Shown here one piece after another: positions 52,176-62,528 of a DNA stretch of 64,000 nt (position 1 is its first letter; the number at the start of each line of letters is the position of its first letter). The notes beneath the pieces were generated by a model. That model ran no database searches. It was given only the letters and a program-made list of their open reading frames with translations, and was not told the DNA's origin. Origin of the DNA: an uncultured delta proteobacterium (lineage in GTDB: Bacteria; Myxococcota; B64-G9). Location: NCBI GenBank assembly GCA_963754925.1, contig CAVWHX010000003.1:64001-128000 (forward strand). The letters are read 5' to 3'. Position numbers and translations under genes: made by a program.

Positions 52176-52649
52176 CTACTTTTGGAAAAAAGCCAGCATT
52201 TTTTGATAGGTCGCTTCGAGATGCTCATTGATCACGCGCACCTCAGAAACCACCGGCATGAAGTTGTGATCCCCATTCCAGCGCGGAACAATATGGAAGT
52301 GCAGGTGATCCTCCACGCCGGCTCCAGCCACCTTTCCTATGTTCATCCCGACGTTTATCCCGTCGGGAGACAACGAATCTCTGATGGCGCGACAACTCTC
52401 TCGTAACAGCTCGCAGACGGCAGAGAAGTCTTGCGCTGAGATATCTTCCGGCCTGCCGACATGGACCGTGGGAACCACCATGGCATGCCCGCTGGTATAG
52501 GGATATTTGTTGAGTAACACAAAGGCGCGCTGCTCGCGGCGCAAGACCAAACGGTTTTGATCTTCTTTAGGATCAAAACAAAAAACGCAGCCAGTTTTCT
52601 GGGGTCCCTTGATGTAGCTCATACGCCAAGGCGCCCAGATCCGTTTCAT
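52176..52649 (-). CDS. HIT-family hydrolase
   Basis: WAPWR, CVFC, NKYPY.SGH and HLHFHIVPRW. Confidence 0.95.
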   Translation of the reverse strand: MKRIWAPWRMSYIKGPQKTGCVFCFDPKEDQNRLVLRREQRAFVLLNKYPYTSGHAMVVPTVHVGRPEDISAQDFSAVCELLRESCRAIRDSLSPDGINVGMNIGKVAGAGVEDHLHFHIVPRWNGDHNFMPVVSEVRVINEHLEATYQKMLAFFQK

Positions 52650-52676
52650 GAAGAAACCCCCACAGCCGGGGTTGTA

Positions 52677-52997
52677 CTACACAACAGCTGAAGGGGGCTG
52701 AGCAGAAAAAGCCGGTTTCTTGTCGTTGACGCGCTCCTTCAACTCCTTGCCGACGGTGAAAAAAGGAGTACGTTTTTTAGGGACAGATACCTTTTCACCA
52801 GTCTTGGGGTTGCGGCCTTCGCGCGATTCCCGGGATTTGGATACAAAGCTGCCAAACCCGCGGATCTCAATTCGCTCGTCCCGCGTCAGCGCCTCGGTCA
52901 TACACCCGAAAATGGTTTCAACGACTGATTCTACATCCTTTTTCGAAAGACTCTCCATTCTGGCTGCTACCACTTCGATAAGTTGGCTCTTGGTCAC
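52677..52997 (-). CDS. ihfB: Integration host factor beta subunit
   Basis: MTKSQLI, RIEIRGFGSF and GRNPKTGE; downstream of rpsA. Confidence 0.9.
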   Translation of the reverse strand: MTKSQLIEVVAARMESLSKKDVESVVETIFGCMTEALTRDERIEIRGFGSFVSKSRESREGRNPKTGEKVSVPKKRTPFFTVGKELKERVNDKKPAFSAQPPSAVV

Positions 52998-53027
52998 GGC
53001 AAAAGCTCCTTTCGTCCCGAGAAAACC

Positions 53028-54827
53028 TTAGTCATCAGTGGATTCTTCTTTATCAGCAACAGCCGTATCGGCAGATTCTTCATCACCCTCGTTGCCAAGC
53101 TTTTCCGATTCCGGAAGGCCGGACACCACAATTCCTTTGGATTTCAGGGCGTCGCCCAGAGAAACCCGACCATCGCCCTGCTTGCGCAAATAGGCCTGAT
53201 AATCTTCCTCTCCCTTTGAAAGCTGCAAACTCTTAACGCTGAGCGCTATTCTACGCTCCTCGGGATCAACGTCAAGCACCATAACTTCGAGTTCATCGTT
53301 TTCTTTAACCACCGAATGGGGATCTTCGACATGATCCTGACTCAGCTCGGAAACATGAATGAGTCCCTCGACACCCTCGTCGATCTCAACAAAGGCGCCG
53401 AATTCGGTAACCTTGATAACTTTTCCTCGAACACGGGTCCCCGGCGGATAGCGCTCGGGAATCCGGGTCCAAGGATCTTCCACGAGTTGTTTAATTCCCA
53501 ACGAAAACCGCTCATTTTCGGGATCGATGTGTAAAACCATCGCCTCGACCTCATCGCCCTTCTTATACAACTGACTCGGGTGCTTAATGCGCTGGGTCCA
53601 AGAAATGTCGGAGACATGCACCAGTCCGTCAATACCCTCTTCGATGCCGATAAAAATACCAAAGTCGGTGATATTGCGAATTCGACCGCGGAGAACCGAG
53701 CCAATCGGATACTTTTCCTCGAGCAGCATCCAGGGGTTCGGTTCAATTTGCTTCATGCCCAACGAGATGCGTTTGTTGGCTGAGTCGATGTCCAGGACAA
53801 TCGCCTCGACTTCATCACCCACCGCCACCATCTTCGAGGGGTGCTTGACGCGCTTGGTCCATGACATCTCAGAAATATGAATCAAGCCCTCGATCCCCTC
53901 TTCGAGTTCGACAAATGCGCCGTAATCGGTAAGCGAAACCACTTTGCCTTTGACCTTGGTGCCGACCGGATAGTGTTCCTCGGCGTGTGTCCACGGGTCT
54001 TCGCTTATTTGTTTGAGGCCCAGCGAGACCCGTTCGGTATCCGGGTCGAACTTGAGCACCATGGCATTGATCTCATCACCAACCGAAAAAACTTGGCTAG
54101 GATGGTTGACCCGACCCCATGACATATCGGTTATGTGCAGGAGGCCATCTATGCCTCCGAGGTCAATGAACGCACCATAGTCGGTGATGTTTTTTACGAT
54201 TCCTTGCAACACCGAACCCGGCTTGAGCTTCTTGAGAGTTTCAGATTTAAGCGCCTCGCGTTCCTTTTCGAGAAGGACTCTGCGACTCAAAACGATATTA
54301 CCACGACGTTTGTTTAACTTGATGACTTTGAACTTAAACTTCTGCCCAATTAATTTATCAAGGTTGCGTACGGGTCGCAGATCCACCTGAGAGCCCGGTA
54401 GAAACGCCTTCACCCCAATGTCAACGCTCAGTCCACCTTTAACTCTGGCTACCACCGTACCCTCAATAAGCTCGTCTTTTTCGCAGGCCGCGCTAATTTC
54501 GTCCCAAACCTTCAACTTATCGGCTTTTTCTTTGGATAGGACGATGACGCCTTCTTCATCCTCGCAACTTTCCAGGAGCACATCGATCTTATCGCCGACC
54601 CGCACATTGGGCTTGCCTTCCTTCAAACCAAATTCTTCAATCTGGATCTGACCTTCGGACTTGTACCCAATATCAACGACAACGTGATCGGGAAGTATCT
54701 GAATAACTTCACCCTTAACAATTTCACCTTCTTTAAGTTCTTGATTGAGAAGGCTGGCTTCATACAAAGCCTCAAAGCTTTCCTCGTCTTTCACTCTATC
54801 GTCGTTCTTCACAAGCTCCTTATCCAT
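53028..54827 (-). CDS. rpsA: 30S ribosomal protein S1
   Basis: Six S1 repeats (DIGYKSEG, FLPGSQVD, DGLLHITDMSW, EGLIHISEMSW, etc.). Confidence 0.98.
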   Translation of the reverse strand: MDKELVKNDDRVKDEESFEALYEASLLNQELKEGEIVKGEVIQILPDHVVVDIGYKSEGQIQIEEFGLKEGKPNVRVGDKIDVLLESCEDEEGVIVLSKEKADKLKVWDEISAACEKDELIEGTVVARVKGGLSVDIGVKAFLPGSQVDLRPVRNLDKLIGQKFKFKVIKLNKRRGNIVLSRRVLLEKEREALKSETLKKLKPGSVLQGIVKNITDYGAFIDLGGIDGLLHITDMSWGRVNHPSQVFSVGDEINAMVLKFDPDTERVSLGLKQISEDPWTHAEEHYPVGTKVKGKVVSLTDYGAFVELEEGIEGLIHISEMSWTKRVKHPSKMVAVGDEVEAIVLDIDSANKRISLGMKQIEPNPWMLLEEKYPIGSVLRGRIRNITDFGIFIGIEEGIDGLVHVSDISWTQRIKHPSQLYKKGDEVEAMVLHIDPENERFSLGIKQLVEDPWTRIPERYPPGTRVRGKVIKVTEFGAFVEIDEGVEGLIHVSELSQDHVEDPHSVVKENDELEVMVLDVDPEERRIALSVKSLQLSKGEEDYQAYLRKQGDGRVSLGDALKSKGIVVSGLPESEKLGNEGDEESADTAVADKEESTDD

Positions 54828-55036
54828 CGGTATTCCTTACTCTCTCGTTCGCATTGAAAAAAAACCTGTCCGTGCTCCCTTCACGACTACCTTCTGTCTA
54901 CGTTCAAACAGATAGAAACTATTCAAGAAAGGAAGGTAAGAACAAGCTCTCCTCCACTATCTTTGTTTTCTCGTGCCGTCGGCACTGGAGGAACTGCCGG
55001 GCGGTCGAGCGCCTTGCCTTATTACAAAGCGGAGGC

Positions 55037-55065
55037 AACATATCGATTTTTATTTCTGTTGTCAA
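55037..55065 (-). promoter_or_regulatory. Internal sigma70 promoter for rpsA (implies ~200-nt leader)
   Basis: Minus-strand TTGACA (55065-55060), 17 nt spacer, TATGTT (55042-55037). Confidence 0.6.
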
Positions 55066-55078
55066 AGTAATTTTTCTA

Positions 55079-55921
55079 CTAACTCCTGGATTTCGTTCGC
55101 AGCCAACCTTCCACCTCGGCAATGAGCCATTCCGGAGTCGATGCTCCGGACGTTAGTCCGACGCTGTCAAAGGTTAAAAACTGTTTTTCATCAAGTTCTT
55201 CAGCTACTTCTACCCCAAAAGTACGAGGCTGAATGGTCCGGCATAAGTCCACCAATCGTCGGGTATTAGCGCTATTTTTTCCGCCAACGACCACCATCGC
55301 GTCCACCGTGGCGGCAAGCAATCGGCTTTCGGCCCGCCGCTGTTCGGTATCTTCGCAGATAGTGTTGACAATCGTAATATTAGGATGTCGGTGTTTAATA
55401 ACCTCAACTATTTCTTCAAATGCATCAGACGACGAGGTCGTTTGAGCGACAATGCCAATCGGCGTATGCGGGGGAAGCTCGACGAGATCCGAGAGTGCTC
55501 GCACAACATGGATCGGCCCTTGCGCATAACTGAGTAATGCTTTGATTTCTGGATGACCTTCGTCTCCAAAAAGTAAAACGGTCCGCCCTGCTCGTCCAAA
55601 CTCATCTATGTACTGCCGGGAAGCCTTGACATGAGGGCACGTGGCATCGATCAACTCAACGCCGATCTCGGCGGCCCGCCGTACTTCCCCGACGCTGATC
55701 CCATGCGTACGAATCAGGGTTGGGGCGCCAACGCAACTCTCGACCTGCGCGCGCGGGACAATTCCCAACGAGGCCAGGCGCGCAACTTCCTGAGGATTAT
55801 GGATCAACGGTCCGATGGTGAAGATAGGTTTTCGGCCCGCGTGGAGCAGCTCGGACGCAATCCGTGTTGCGCGCTGCACTCCGTAACAAAATCCAGCGTG
55901 CTTGGCGCGAATTACCTTCAC
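55079..55921 (-). CDS. ispH: 4-hydroxy-3-methylbut-2-enyl diphosphate reductase
   Basis: GFCYGV.RA, LIHN, DATCPHV, HPE, TIC, SANT and GASTP. Confidence 0.95.
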   Translation of the reverse strand: MKVIRAKHAGFCYGVQRATRIASELLHAGRKPIFTIGPLIHNPQEVARLASLGIVPRAQVESCVGAPTLIRTHGISVGEVRRAAEIGVELIDATCPHVKASRQYIDEFGRAGRTVLLFGDEGHPEIKALLSYAQGPIHVVRALSDLVELPPHTPIGIVAQTTSSSDAFEEIVEVIKHRHPNITIVNTICEDTEQRRAESRLLAATVDAMVVVGGKNSANTRRLVDLCRTIQPRTFGVEVAEELDEKQFLTFDSVGLTSGASTPEWLIAEVEGWLRTKSRS

Positions 55922-56640
55922 TGCTCGGTCTCATCCACGGCAGCGTCGGTGAAAGGGTCTTGGGTGGTTTGGTGCACTAAATTAACTATGCGTTCGACTA
56001 CCTGATCGATCGAAAGCGGTCCGGTATCAATGATTATCGAATCTGCGGCTGGCCGCAAAGGAGCGATCGGCCGCCCTTGATCGCGCTCGTCGCGTTGCCG
56101 TACCTCCTCGAGCGTCTTTTCAAAATTGACCATAAGCCCCTTCTCGCTGAGTTCTTTCGTCCGGCGCCGGGCGCGCACCTCGGGCGCTGCAACCAGAAAG
56201 ATCTTTACCTCGGCGTCGGGAAACACCACCGTCCCAACATCGCGACCTTCCACCACCGCGCCGCCCGGTCGCCCCAACTCGCGTTGCACGGAAAGCAAGG
56301 CCGCGCGCACCTCGGGCTTCGCCGATATCATCGAGGCCGCAGCGGATAATTCCGGCGTGCGAATATCCTCCGTACACTCTACGTCATTGAGCCATATGCG
56401 CCGACCGCGTCCCTGGTCCTCGAAACGCAGGCGCACCCGGGCCGCCAGAGCGCCGAGCGCCGGCCCATCATCGTCTGAAACGTTTTTTCGGATGGCCTCC
56501 AAGGCGACACAACGATATATCGATCCGGTATCAACGATGGCAAAGCCAAGCCGCTCGGCGACCAACCGAGCCACCGTGCTCTTGCCTGAACCGGCTGGGC
56601 CATCGATGGCCACGATTGGCCTTCTTCGCCGCGCGCTCAT
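55918..56640 (-). CDS. cmk: Cytidylate kinase
   Basis: AIDGPAGSGKST, DTG..YR and EGRDVGTVVFPDA. Confidence 0.96.
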   Translation of the reverse strand: MSARRRRPIVAIDGPAGSGKSTVARLVAERLGFAIVDTGSIYRCVALEAIRKNVSDDDGPALGALAARVRLRFEDQGRGRRIWLNDVECTEDIRTPELSAAASMISAKPEVRAALLSVQRELGRPGGAVVEGRDVGTVVFPDAEVKIFLVAAPEVRARRRTKELSEKGLMVNFEKTLEEVRQRDERDQGRPIAPLRPAADSIIIDTGPLSIDQVVERIVNLVHQTTQDPFTDAAVDETEQ

Positions 56641-57338
56641 TATGCCTGACCCGTTATCCGCTGCCAGGTCGAACGCACGCTGATGGGAATGATGTCAGCC
56701 GCGGCGACTAAAAACTCGCGCGGCGTATATCGCTCGAGAGTTTCGAGGGCGGCTTGATGGACAACAAACAACACCACCACCGCGGTACTCCCCGAAACGA
56801 GCAGTGCCCATTCTCCGGCGGGAAAAAAAACAAAAGCCGCCACACAACCAACCAGCAGCCACGGGCCGGTGAGCAAAAACTCTCGATACGGCGAAGGCGC
56901 TTGCCTCCTGGTGACGGCGGCGTTCAGTAAACAGCCGAGCATGGCGGATCCAACCAGTATGGTCATATTCGCCAAGGCCGGTCGATCGTTTGGCCCGAAG
57001 GCGTACCCAACGCCGGCCCCCAATCCCACCCAACCCACGTAAAAGAACAACGTGTTGATAGTTCCAAAGGACCGACGGCGCACCATCACGGTCACAGAAA
57101 AGCATAGCACAGCCCCGCCGAATGCGACCCAGTGCGCAGGTGAAAAAGGATCCGAGAGAATATAGGGTATCCCCCACATCGATCCCAACCCAATCAGGAC
57201 CGCCACGGTAAAGAATAAACGCTGGAAAAATAGAAAACGCCTTTGTACCTCGACACCCGCTTGCGAGGCGGTAAAAACCGGCTCAGGCGTAAGCAGCAAT
57301 CGGCGTTTTTGTTCAGGAGTCACCTGCGTCAAGATCAT
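56640..57338 (-). CDS. Multi-pass membrane protein, weakly Bax-inhibitor-1-like
   Basis: About 6-7 hydrophobic segments; GAGGAG RBS before ATG 57338; TAATG coupling to cmk. Confidence 0.55.
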   Translation of the reverse strand: MILTQVTPEQKRRLLLTPEPVFTASQAGVEVQRRFLFFQRLFFTVAVLIGLGSMWGIPYILSDPFSPAHWVAFGGAVLCFSVTVMVRRRSFGTINTLFFYVGWVGLGAGVGYAFGPNDRPALANMTILVGSAMLGCLLNAAVTRRQAPSPYREFLLTGPWLLVGCVAAFVFFPAGEWALLVSGSTAVVVLFVVHQAALETLERYTPREFLVAAADIIPISVRSTWQRITGQA

Positions 57339-57504
57339 CAAACTACTCCTCGTCGAATAATTCGCTGTTTCATCAACGAGACTGCTCATTCCTAGCATTG
57401 CTGGCCAAAACGATCAAACGGTTTCCGACAGCGGGTCAATGAGAGGATTACCGGTAGTCTGTTTTGAAGATCAAAGGACAGCCAATAATCATCGACTCAG
57501 CGTA

Positions 57505-58647
57505 TCAGTCTGACAAGCTTGTTAGTAAATGAACAGCTCTGTCTTTATCAAACTTGCTGCTCATTTCCAAATAGAGTTTGGCAAGATTAAAACGACCAAC
57601 AACCAGGCTACGAACATCATCCAACTGTTTACAATACGTTAAAATTTCTTCTTCGTATAAACGTATAGCCTCGACAACGTCACCGAGCAAAAACTGCAAA
57701 TGAGCGACCTTAAACAGTATTTTGGTTATGAAGTCATAATCACATAATACCTCCATTACGGGAAAAACCTTCTCTTTGATTATTTTTAGAGATCCTTCAA
57801 CGTCTCCTTTTTTTTCAAGAATATCCGAAATGGTAACCGTATTTGAAGCCAATAAACGGAAATCGCCGAGTCGCTCAAACATAGGCAATACGTCTTGACT
57901 GAGCAACTGATAGGCATCATCTATCTTTCCCTGAAGATTCAGAAGGTCGGCAATCTTGCTCTTCGTTTCGGCGAGTGAATGAACGTCACCGAGTTTTTCA
58001 AAGAGCGGAGCCGATTCGGACATGAGTACTCGAATGGCTTCATCAAAATTTCCACGAGCCTTGAGAATGTCGGCGATATCGCTTTTGATCGCGGCGCACG
58101 CACTCACATCTCCAAGACGCTCGTAAACCGGCAACACCTCCTCTTGGTTTATGCGAATCGCCTCGTCAAGGTCACCATGTTCCTTAAGCAGTAATGCTAA
58201 ATTACCTTGGATCATTGCATAAAAACGTTTTTCTCCGTTTTCTTTATAAACAGCAAGGTTTTCTTTGAGAAGTCTCATAGCCTCATCTAGTTCACCGCGA
58301 TGTTTATAGACTTTTGAAATATTGATAACAGCCATCGCACGGAGCTGCATATCACCGATCTCATCTATTATGGGGAGAGCTTCTTTTTCCAACATATTCA
58401 GTGAATCGTCAAACAATCCAAAATGCTGAAGTAACTCTGATAACGCTATGAGCGTCTTGGCACAAGAATATGAATCACCGATTTCTCGAAAAAGAGGTAA
58501 GGCGTCATCTCGTAGGATAAGCAATGCATCATCCATTTTGCCATTTATTGTTAATAGTTCTGACATTTTCACAAATTCTTCAGCTTGCTCTCTCTTGCTC
58601 ACGGTCTCCAAATTCTCCTCCCCTGGTGAAAAAGAAAAGCGGACCAT
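57505..58647 (-). CDS. TPR-repeat protein (AT-richer insert)
   Basis: About 8 repeats of ~41 aa, DEA.R....E.LP..E.LGD...A......DIL...G. Confidence 0.8.
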   Translation of the reverse strand: MVRFSFSPGEENLETVSKREQAEEFVKMSELLTINGKMDDALLILRDDALPLFREIGDSYSCAKTLIALSELLQHFGLFDDSLNMLEKEALPIIDEIGDMQLRAMAVINISKVYKHRGELDEAMRLLKENLAVYKENGEKRFYAMIQGNLALLLKEHGDLDEAIRINQEEVLPVYERLGDVSACAAIKSDIADILKARGNFDEAIRVLMSESAPLFEKLGDVHSLAETKSKIADLLNLQGKIDDAYQLLSQDVLPMFERLGDFRLLASNTVTISDILEKKGDVEGSLKIIKEKVFPVMEVLCDYDFITKILFKVAHLQFLLGDVVEAIRLYEEEILTYCKQLDDVRSLVVGRFNLAKLYLEMSSKFDKDRAVHLLTSLSD

Positions 58648-58875
58648 AACTCAAATTTTAGTATAGAAATGACTTATGAATGACGCAGTCTAGCCGCGGA
58701 ATCCAACAATCTAAGTATATCCAACTTCACATAAAAAGTAAATGCACTGCGTTACGAGGTGATTGCGGTATCACCCACCATTGCGGTTACGCCGATACGC
58801 TGACAGCCCCGCCGTTCCTATCTGGCTTCGGGCGTATCAATCCTGAACGGCGGCCGTTAACCTCTTTGATATCAT

Positions 58876-59708
58876 TCACTTGAGCAAGGTATGCCAGACA
58901 GCTAGCGTATCGTTCGTCACCGCGATCAGTACGTGGAGCATCCAGCCGTACCAAAACGAGCGCGACCGCAAGGCCAGGTATCCTAACACAACACCTGCCA
59001 AAACCGCCGCCAACGTCTCTACCTCTGGTTTGCCAAAGTGCAGAATGGCGAAGGGAATGGTTTGAACAAAGACCGCGTAAAAACCGATTGCCGGTTTGAG
59101 CCCAAACAACAGGTACCCGCGAAAAATGAATTCCCAACCAATGAAGTAAATCGCGTAGGCAATCTCGTGAAGCGCAAAATGCACGCCGCTTTCCCTTGCC
59201 TCAAAAAATAGCGGGTACCTCGTCTGAAATTCTGTAGAGAGACTCGTCGGAATCAATATCGGTAAAAATGCCAGGTACAACACAAGCACCGCCTTAAGCC
59301 CAAAGCGCACATCACCGAGTCCAATCCAATTTTTGAATGGAACGTTGAGCACATACCGCCCGCACAGGAGCGGGATGACGCCAAGCATCAACAGACTCAT
59401 GCCGTACCAATAAAATGCCGGGTAGAGGCTATCGACGGCGCTTCTACCAAAAAAAGTTTTCAAATGAATGCGAAAAAAAGACGTGTTGCCGTTTTCGTGA
59501 AAAAGAATGAGCAGCAACGTCGCGCTCAGAATGACAAAGACCGGCCCTCCTGCCAGTCCCTCGGTCCATCGTCGCCACCACAACATGAGTTTTGACGGTG
59601 TGTGAGCCGGAGCTTCCGTAAGCGGCGATGCCGGTGTGGGCGTAAGGATCTCAGCCGCGGATCCTCCGGCTGGCACCGTGCGATTGGTATCGCGTGGGGT
59701 ATTCACGC

Positions 59709-59712
<4 letters not shown>
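58876..59712 (-). CDS. CPBP/CAAX (Abi) intramembrane metalloprotease
   Basis: WEFIFRG, FAILH.GKP..E and WMLH; multiple TM segments; ATGA overlap with gltX. Confidence 0.88.
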
Positions 59713-61224
<1,512 letters not shown>

Positions 61225-61331
61225 TTAATGATAGGTTCCGTATGGCCGACGATGAGATATGGCGGGAGAAGACAGCTCCCGGGCTGGCTTTTCACTTGAC
61301 AGTAACGATGGTTCATACTATCCACACCTCG

Positions 61332-61817
61332 ATGAAAACTCGTTCCCTCACCACAACACTGGCCATTTTCGCCAGTTTATTCGGCCTGATTTTCATCGCG
61401 CCGGCGAATCAGGCGGCCGCCGAGGAACGAACGCCGGACCTGTACCGAAGCGCGCCCGTCGTTCCGGGATCAAAGAGCGTCGGTCCGCATCGCTTCCGTT
61501 CCGCTCGCAACTATGAAGACACCCTTGATTACTATAAGAAGCTTTTCAGGGACAGCAGCGTCTATAGAACCACGAGCGAAAAGATCGTTAACAATTCCGA
61601 GGTGCGTGGCATATTTTTCAAAAACCTGGCTCCAAAAGCACGTTGGGATGGATTGAATGTTTATGAGTACAAAGGCGCGGTCACTATCTTTGTGGTTCTC
61701 AGCGATGAGGAGCTAAAGAAGATAGCGGCCGACGCCGGACCAAAACCGATACCGTCAGGAAGCGGCATCACATCAAAAGGTTCCGCAAAAGATGGGGCGT
61801 CTCCTAAAAAGCAGTGA
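61332..61817 (+). CDS. Exported hypothetical protein
   Basis: ATG at 61332; signal peptide ending QAAA; open frame to 61817. Confidence 0.6.
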   Translation: MKTRSLTTTLAIFASLFGLIFIAPANQAAAEERTPDLYRSAPVVPGSKSVGPHRFRSARNYEDTLDYYKKLFRDSSVYRTTSEKIVNNSEVRGIFFKNLAPKARWDGLNVYEYKGAVTIFVVLSDEELKKIAADAGPKPIPSGSGITSKGSAKDGASPKKQ

Positions 61818-61818
61818 T

Positions 61819-61889
61819 TGGGGGATCGTCTAACGGCAGGACGCCAGACTCTGGATCTGGCTATCAAGGTTCGAATCCTTGTCCCCCAG
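61819..61889 (+). tRNA. tRNA-Gln (anticodon CTG), CCA not encoded
   Basis: Acceptor stem TGGGGGA/TCCCCCA, D-arm GTCTAACGGCAGGAC, anticodon arm CCAGA-CTCTGGA-TCTGG, T-arm CAAGG-TTCGAAT-CCTTG. Confidence 0.96.
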
Positions 61890-61976
61890 TAGTTCTAGAA
61901 ACTAAGATGATTTTTTTCTTGCATTCAAAAATGGAAGGTGCTAACAGGTTGCCTTGCTTCTGCGGGTAGTTCATCT

Positions 61977-62006
61977 GAGTGGGCTGTTTGGCCCGCTCTT
62001 TTTTTT
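61977..62006 (+). terminator. rimP leader attenuator-type hairpin
   Basis: GAGTGGGC-tgtttg-GCCCGCTC plus T8, immediately before the rimP RBS. Confidence 0.75.
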
Positions 62007-62016
62007 GGAGTTTTCA

Positions 62017-62517
62017 GTGACCGGTACCTCAGACATCGCCAAAAAGCTTGAGGAGCTCTGCGAGCCGGCGACGTTCGCATTGGGCTTGGAGCTGGTGCAG
62101 CTCCAGTATCGACGCGAAACTGAGGGCTGGGTGGTGCGCTTGCTGGTCGATCGTCCGGGCGGCGTAACCGTCGAGGAGTGCGGGGAGCTTTCGCGCCAGG
62201 TATCCAGCGTGCTGGATGTCGAGGATCCCATCCCGCACGGATATCGGTTGGAAGTTTCCTCACCAGGGCTTGAACGCCCGCTCTGCAAGCGGGAGCATTT
62301 CGCGCGCTTCATCGGCACCGCCATCAATCTTCATACCCGCGAACCGGTTGGTGGCAGGAGAAATTTCCGGGGCATTTTGCGCGGGCTGCAAGACGATTGG
62401 GTGCTGATCGAGGTCGACAAAACAGTGTACGAGCTGCCCTTCGCGGCAGTTGATAAAGCCAACGTGGTACCTACTATTGAGGGCGTTCCGTCACACACGA
62501 ATTCAGAACCGTCTTAG
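62017..62517 (+). CDS. rimP: Ribosome maturation factor RimP
   Basis: GTG at 62017 after GGAG; GVTVEEC...SR..S..LDVED and Y.LEVSSPGLERPL. Confidence 0.95.
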   Translation: MTGTSDIAKKLEELCEPATFALGLELVQLQYRRETEGWVVRLLVDRPGGVTVEECGELSRQVSSVLDVEDPIPHGYRLEVSSPGLERPLCKREHFARFIGTAINLHTREPVGGRRNFRGILRGLQDDWVLIEVDKTVYELPFAAVDKANVVPTIEGVPSHTNSEPS

Positions 62518-62528
62518 AGGAGAAGTCG

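Noticed and set aside
58794..58853. HDV-like/theta ribozyme assignment for the pseudoknot
   Set aside because: P3/L3, the P1.1 GG and the J4/2 catalytic-C pattern could not be fitted on either strand; kept only as an unassigned structure.
61819..61889. tRNA-Gln as an island integration site
   Set aside because: I saw no duplicated tRNA 3' end and no integrase nearby; core genes rimP-nusA follow directly.
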